This document shows, one piece after another, positions 27,323 through 32,000 of a stretch of 32,000 bases of DNA. The stretch lies in NCBI RefSeq assembly GCF_014251775.1, contig NZ_CP059199.1, positions 529,717-561,716 on the forward strand, written 5' to 3'. A model generated the notes under the pieces. That model was not told the DNA's origin. It worked only from the letters and a program-made list of their open reading frames with translations, and made no database searches. Position numbers and translations under genes: made by a program. Numbering within the stretch: the first letter of the stretch is position 1; every line of letters begins with the position of its first letter. This stretch comes from Candidatus Saccharimonadota bacterium (GTDB taxonomy: Bacteria; Bacteroidota; Bacteroidia; Flavobacteriales; Blattabacteriaceae).

Positions 27323-29598
27323 AACTGATTTTTTCTAATAAAATTTAATGAAGATCCGAATTTAAACCATTGAATTTGTTTCTGGTTATAAGAATGTTTA
27401 GTTATAATTTTTTCTTTTTTTCCATTTTTATGAATAATATCGACTTTTAAATTAAATTTTTTTTCAAAATCATTCATATGAAAATGAAAAATATCTTCTT
27501 CATTAATTTTATAATAATCATTTGGTTTTAAAAATGTTAAAGCTAATATTCCTTGTTTTTTTAAATTAGTTTCATGTATTCTAGCAAAGGATTTTACCAA
27601 TACCACACGAACTCCTAAAAAACGTGGTTCCATTGCAGCATGTTCTCTAGACGACCCTTCACCATAATTATCTTCTCCTACAATTAAAGTAGATATATTA
27701 TTTTTTTTATAAAATTTTGCAGTTTTAGGGATAGAATCATAAAAACCAGTTATAATATTTTTAATATGATTTGTTTTATTATTAAAAAAATTTACTGCTT
27801 TTATTAATAAATTCTCGGAAATATTTTCAAGATGACCTCTATATTTTAACCATGGACCAGCCATAGATATATGATCGGTAGTACATTTTCCTTTAACCTT
27901 TATTAAAAGTCTTACATTCGATAAATCTTTTCCATCCCAAAATGAAAAAGGCTGTAAAAGTTGTAGTCGTTCTGAATTTTTATTTATTTTTATAGAAATA
28001 TTCTTATTCATTGAAGAACTAATACATCCTAATTTATTGATATCATTTTTCTCAAAAATATTATTATATTTATTGATATATTGAGGTTCATCCAATTTTA
28101 CATACTCTCCAAGCTCATTTTTTAAAAAATCTTTTCTAGGATCAAAATTAATTTTTCCAGAAAAAGAAAGTGCTGTAACAATTTCCGGAGATGCTATAAA
28201 TGCATATGTATTAGGATTTCCATCATTACGAGATGAAAAATTTCTATTAAAAGAATGAATTATAGTATTTTTTTTAAAATTTTCATTTTTATTTTTATAC
28301 CTTTTCCATTGACCAATACAAGGACCACAAGCATTAGAAAATATTTTAGCTCCAATGCTTTTAAATATTTCAATATATTTATTTTTTTTCAACAAAGAAA
28401 AAATCTTTCTAGAACCAGGAGTAATTAAAAATTTTGATTTTATCTTTAACTTTTTTTTTTTAGCTTGTTTAATAATATGTACAACTTTTGATAAATCTTC
28501 ATAAGAAGAATTAGTACAAGAACCAATTAATCCGATTTCTATTTGAATAGGCCAATTATTTTTTTTACATTCTTCTTTTATTTTTGATATAGGTGTAGAT
28601 TTATCGGGAGTAAAAGGACCATTTATATGAGGTTCTAATTTGGATAAATTAATTTCGATTACTTTTTCATAAAAATTATATGGATTATTATATACCTCAT
28701 AATCTGATCTTAAACTATTTTCAATTTTATTCAATTTTATTAAATTTGATAATTCTTCTCTATCATTATTCAATAAATAATCATTCATATGAAAATCATA
28801 TGGAAATATCGAAGAAGTTGCTCCTAATTCTGCTCCCATATTGCATATGGTTGCTTTTCCTACGCAAGAAATATTTTTTGTTCCTTCTCCAAAATATTCA
28901 ATAATAGAATTTGACGCACCCATTACTCCAATCATTCCGGATAATCTTAATATAACATCTTTAGCAGATGTCCATCCACTCATTTTTCCTTTTAATAAAA
29001 CTCCAATTATTTTAGGAAATTTTAATTCTAATATAGATCCTGACATTACTTCAGCAGCTTCTGCACCACCTACTCCTATCGCTAACATTCCTAATCCACC
29101 TGCATTAGGTGTATGTGAATCCGTACCTATCATCAATCCACCAGGAAATGCATAATTTTCCAAAATAATTTGATGAATAATTCCAGAACCTGGTTCCCAA
29201 AAATCTATTCCATATTTATTAGAAACTGATCTTAAAAAATTATATATTTCTTGATTATCATCTATAGATTTTTTCAAATCTATAGATGATCCATCGTTTG
29301 CATAAATAAGATGATCACAATGAATGCTAGTCGGAACTAACGTTTTAACACTATTAGTTTGTATAAATTGTAATAAACTCATTTGAGCAGTAGCATCTTG
29401 CATTGCAACACGGTCAGGATAAATATTTATATATTCATTTTTTTTAAAACATAATTTTTTTATTTTTTCTTTGAAAAAATGAATATATAAAATTTTTTCT
29501 GACAATGTCATTGGACGTTTTATTATTGATCGAATTTCCTTAATCTTAAAATTAAGTTCTGAATAAAATTTTTGAATCATTTTAAAATCCAAGATCAT
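27319..29598 (-). CDS. acnA: Aconitate hydratase (roughly 760-aa type)
   Basis: 759 aa. DRVAMQDATAQM, IGTDSHTPNAGGLG, and the Fe-S ligand motifs IGSCTNSS and NACGPCIGQW, followed by GEGSSREHAA. An alternative start at Met7 (29580) would remove the 17-nt overlap with the upstream hydrolase gene. Confidence 0.93.
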   Translation of the reverse strand: MILDFKMIQKFYSELNFKIKEIRSIIKRPMTLSEKILYIHFFKEKIKKLCFKKNEYINIYPDRVAMQDATAQMSLLQFIQTNSVKTLVPTSIHCDHLIYANDGSSIDLKKSIDDNQEIYNFLRSVSNKYGIDFWEPGSGIIHQIILENYAFPGGLMIGTDSHTPNAGGLGMLAIGVGGAEAAEVMSGSILELKFPKIIGVLLKGKMSGWTSAKDVILRLSGMIGVMGASNSIIEYFGEGTKNISCVGKATICNMGAELGATSSIFPYDFHMNDYLLNNDREELSNLIKLNKIENSLRSDYEVYNNPYNFYEKVIEINLSKLEPHINGPFTPDKSTPISKIKEECKKNNWPIQIEIGLIGSCTNSSYEDLSKVVHIIKQAKKKKLKIKSKFLITPGSRKIFSLLKKNKYIEIFKSIGAKIFSNACGPCIGQWKRYKNKNENFKKNTIIHSFNRNFSSRNDGNPNTYAFIASPEIVTALSFSGKINFDPRKDFLKNELGEYVKLDEPQYINKYNNIFEKNDINKLGCISSSMNKNISIKINKNSERLQLLQPFSFWDGKDLSNVRLLIKVKGKCTTDHISMAGPWLKYRGHLENISENLLIKAVNFFNNKTNHIKNIITGFYDSIPKTAKFYKKNNISTLIVGEDNYGEGSSREHAAMEPRFLGVRVVLVKSFARIHETNLKKQGILALTFLKPNDYYKINEEDIFHFHMNDFEKKFNLKVDIIHKNGKKEKIITKHSYNQKQIQWFKFGSSLNFIRKNQL

Positions 29599-30370
29599 AG
29601 TAACTTTTTTTGTTAAGAAAAATACATATTTCTTTATAAAATTCTTTCGAATTATCTACATGTATCCAATGTCCACTTTTTTTTATAGTTAGAATCAAAG
29701 ATTTTGGAAAAATTTTTTTAATATATTTTTTATCATTAATAGGGATATAATCAGAATATTCTCCTCGTAAAAAAATAGTTGGACCACTATATTTTCCTAT
29801 TTTTATATTTTTTTTAATTAAAATATTATAATTTTTTTCTATTCCTTTTAGATAAAAACGAAAATATAATTTTCCATTACTGTTAATTCCAACACATTTA
29901 GAAAAAAAATTTCTAATTCTAGAATCCTTTATATATAATTTTAAAAAAATATTTAAATCATTTCTTGTTTTTATTAAATTAAAATTAACCTTTTTTAGGA
30001 TAGGAATAAAATTATGATGTACATCATGGAATTTTGGACTTATATCTACAATAATAATTTTTTTAGGAATCAAAGGATATTTAATAGAAAAATTCATTAC
30101 TGCACGTCCACCCATTGAATGTCCTAATAATATTGGATTATATAATTTATAAAAATTAATGTAATTTAAAATATCATCTGATATAATATCATAATTCATT
30201 TTTTTAGAAAAAAAACTTGATCCATGATTTCTTATATCTATAAGATGAATTTGATAATCACTAGAAAATTTATTAGCAAATGATATCCAATTTTCTCCAT
30301 TTCCAAAAAGCCCATGAAAAACTAAAATAGAGGGACCTAATCCAAATATTTTAGAAGATAAAATTTTCAT
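29582..30370 (-). CDS. Alpha/beta-fold hydrolase (esterase-like), substrate unknown
   Basis: 262 aa. Oxyanion-hole region LVFHGLFGNGENW, nucleophile elbow GHSMGG, and the C-terminal catalytic-His region SGHWIHVD. Confidence 0.7.
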   Translation of the reverse strand: MKILSSKIFGLGPSILVFHGLFGNGENWISFANKFSSDYQIHLIDIRNHGSSFFSKKMNYDIISDDILNYINFYKLYNPILLGHSMGGRAVMNFSIKYPLIPKKIIIVDISPKFHDVHHNFIPILKKVNFNLIKTRNDLNIFLKLYIKDSRIRNFFSKCVGINSNGKLYFRFYLKGIEKNYNILIKKNIKIGKYSGPTIFLRGEYSDYIPINDKKYIKKIFPKSLILTIKKSGHWIHVDNSKEFYKEICIFLNKKSYYDLGF

Positions 30371-30544
30371 TATTTAATATCATTTAAAAATTTTTTTCCA
30401 TAAAAAATAAATATTATATAAAAATAGCAATTCTATAAAAAATTTATGTTATTATTTTTATAATCTAGATTAATAAAAATTTTGTTAAAAAAATAAACTA
30501 TATTTCATCCGTATCCGATCTATAAATCTTAATAAAATATATAA

Positions 30545-30626
30545 TTTCATCCAATATTTTATTGAAAATAATTGATTTGAATTCATAAATGTATTTAATA
30601 TATATTTCATTAAATATTGTATTGAA
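30545..30626. repeat. Imperfect direct repeat, two 22-nt copies exactly 60 nt apart, inside the longest spacer
   Basis: Copy 1 at 30545-30566 is tttcatccaatattttattgaa. Copy 2 at 30605-30626 is tttcattaaatattgtattgaa. 19 of 22 positions are identical by hand alignment. Significance is uncertain in DNA this AT-rich. Confidence 0.3.
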
Positions 30627-30739
30627 TAAAAAATACTTCATTAAAATTGCTGTATATATACACTATATTTGAATCAAATATCAGCTTATTTATTTAATAT
30701 TTACATTGGATTTTACAATTAAATTTTTTTATATTGTTT

Positions 30740-31921
30740 TTATAGAGTTAAAACTTGAGTAATTTCTAAATTAAATACTTTTGCAGCTGTTAATAAATGA
30801 TCGAAAACATTTGCCTGTATTTGTTCATATTTAATAGATTCAGATGTTTTCACGAAACAATATAATTCTATAGGTAATCCATAAGGTGTAGTGTCTAAAT
30901 GTCTTACCATTAATGTTTCAGATTGAGATATATTAGGATGTTTATATAAATATTCTAATGTATATTGACGAAAAAGTCCTATGTTGGTTAACCTTTTACC
31001 ATTAACAATATTTATATTCGAATTTAATTTTATTTTTTTATTAAAATAACTGATTTCTTTTTGTTTTTTCAAAATATAATCTTTTATTAAATAAATGTTT
31101 CTAAATTTTTTTAATTTTTTTTCATTATAAAAATGGAATGATTTTATATTAAATAATATAGATCTTTTTATTCTACGTATATTTTTTTGTCGCATTACTT
31201 CATAATTAGTAACGGCAGTAGAAATTAAATCATAAGTTGGTACACTAGTTATAGTTTTATCAAAATTTTCTATTTTTGCGGAAACTAAATTGATTTCCAT
31301 AACTTTTCCTTCTATATTATATTTGGATATTCCAATCCAATCTCCTACTTTAATCATTCTAGTAGATGCCATTTGAATTCCTGAAACAAATCCAAGAATA
31401 GTATCTCGAAATACTAATAAAACTACAGCTGTGATCGCACCTAAACCAGTTAAAATAGTAACTATGTTATTCTTTGTTAGAATGGCAACTATAATTAGTA
31501 CACAAAATATTATTGATATAATTTTTATTAATTGAGATAAAGAATGAATTGCTATTGTTTGATGATTATTTTCATTAGTAGAAATATCCATAATAGAATT
31601 GATCACTCTAATTACTAATTGTAAAGTAATTAAAACAAATAATATATTAAATAATTTTTCAATATATATAAAAATTATATTATAATTTTTTAAAAAGAAT
31701 TTGATTAATGTAAATCCAATAAAAAATGGAACAAAAAAGAATAAACTTTCAAAAACGTTATTCTTATACATAATCTTTAACCATTTAAAATGATTATAAT
31801 TAAAAATTTCTTTAATAAAATAATTAAAAAATTTTTTAGAAAAAAAAATTAATATTCCAAAAAAAATCAAAAAAATTATAAAATAGTAATTAAAACAATT
31901 TTCCATATCTAAATCAAACAT
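30740..31921 (-). CDS. Mechanosensitive ion channel family protein (MscS-like)
   Basis: 393 aa. N-terminal multi-TM region ending in the pore-helix-like LTGLGAITAVVLLVFRDTILGFVSGIQM. The MscS beta-domain follows: IKVGDWIGISKYNIEGKVMEINLVSAKIENFDKTITSVPTYDLIS. Confidence 0.8.
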   Translation of the reverse strand: MFDLDMENCFNYYFIIFLIFFGILIFFSKKFFNYFIKEIFNYNHFKWLKIMYKNNVFESLFFFVPFFIGFTLIKFFLKNYNIIFIYIEKLFNILFVLITLQLVIRVINSIMDISTNENNHQTIAIHSLSQLIKIISIIFCVLIIVAILTKNNIVTILTGLGAITAVVLLVFRDTILGFVSGIQMASTRMIKVGDWIGISKYNIEGKVMEINLVSAKIENFDKTITSVPTYDLISTAVTNYEVMRQKNIRRIKRSILFNIKSFHFYNEKKLKKFRNIYLIKDYILKKQKEISYFNKKIKLNSNINIVNGKRLTNIGLFRQYTLEYLYKHPNISQSETLMVRHLDTTPYGLPIELYCFVKTSESIKYEQIQANVFDHLLTAAKVFNLEITQVLTL

Positions 31922-32000
31922 TGCAAAAAATTATATTAAAAAAAATGTATTAAAAATTATTATTAATAATTAAATAAAATAAAATTTTGTTAAATACAGA

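Noticed and set aside
28680-29155. Two plus-strand ORFs (74 aa and 104 aa), the second with an unusually normal-looking Pro/Ala-rich composition
   Set aside because: Both are antisense to the most conserved and GC-richest part of acnA (the GTDSHTPNAGGLG region). Their composition simply mirrors the constrained sense strand, and no motifs are recognisable.
1-32000. Search for CRISPR arrays, IS elements or inverted repeats, integrases, phage genes, rRNA, and UGA-to-Trp recoding
   Set aside because: I saw no regularly spaced repeats, no transposase- or integrase-like ORFs and no rRNA-like GC-rich stretches. All genes are full length with the standard code, and acnA terminates at TGA overlapping the yidD ATG, so nothing indicates an alternative genetic code.

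Overview
Extremely AT-rich (by eye about four-fifths A+T), tightly packed bacterial DNA. It looks like a reduced-genome Flavobacteriales (Bacteroidota) insect endosymbiont. The gene set is Blattabacterium-like: fused lpxC/fabZ, DUF2795 protein, stand-alone HsdR-N-like protein, roughly 760-aa aconitase and sufBCDS. The organism call is inference from memory of these families and cannot be verified without a database search. I call 31 protein-coding genes. secA is cut by the left window edge. rpmH (50 aa) is absent from the ORF track and was found by hand. There are 4 tRNAs: Met-CAT, Arg-CCG, Ile2-CAT and Arg-CCT. All ORFs are full length under the standard code (acnA ends in TGA). Content is housekeeping: translation, Sec and lipoprotein export, Fe-S cluster assembly, TCA and glycolysis enzymes, and envelope functions. 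I see no rRNA, CRISPR array, transposase, integrase, phage gene, toxin-antitoxin pair or recognisable defence gene. I do not find a convincing novel multi-gene system. The points most worth a second look are: (1) a small acidic DUF2795-like protein that stands out as a GC island upstream of secA; (2) an orphan PD-(D/E)xK HsdR-N-like protein with no restriction-modification partners; (3) an LpxC/FabZ fusion whose FabZ half is intact but whose LpxC half seems to have lost catalytic residues and about 26 aa; (4) a PheT missing its N-terminal tRNA-binding domain; (5) a 369-nt spacer, the longest in the window, carrying an imperfect repeat 60 nt apart. All family assignments rest on motif recognition in the supplied translations, not on searches.
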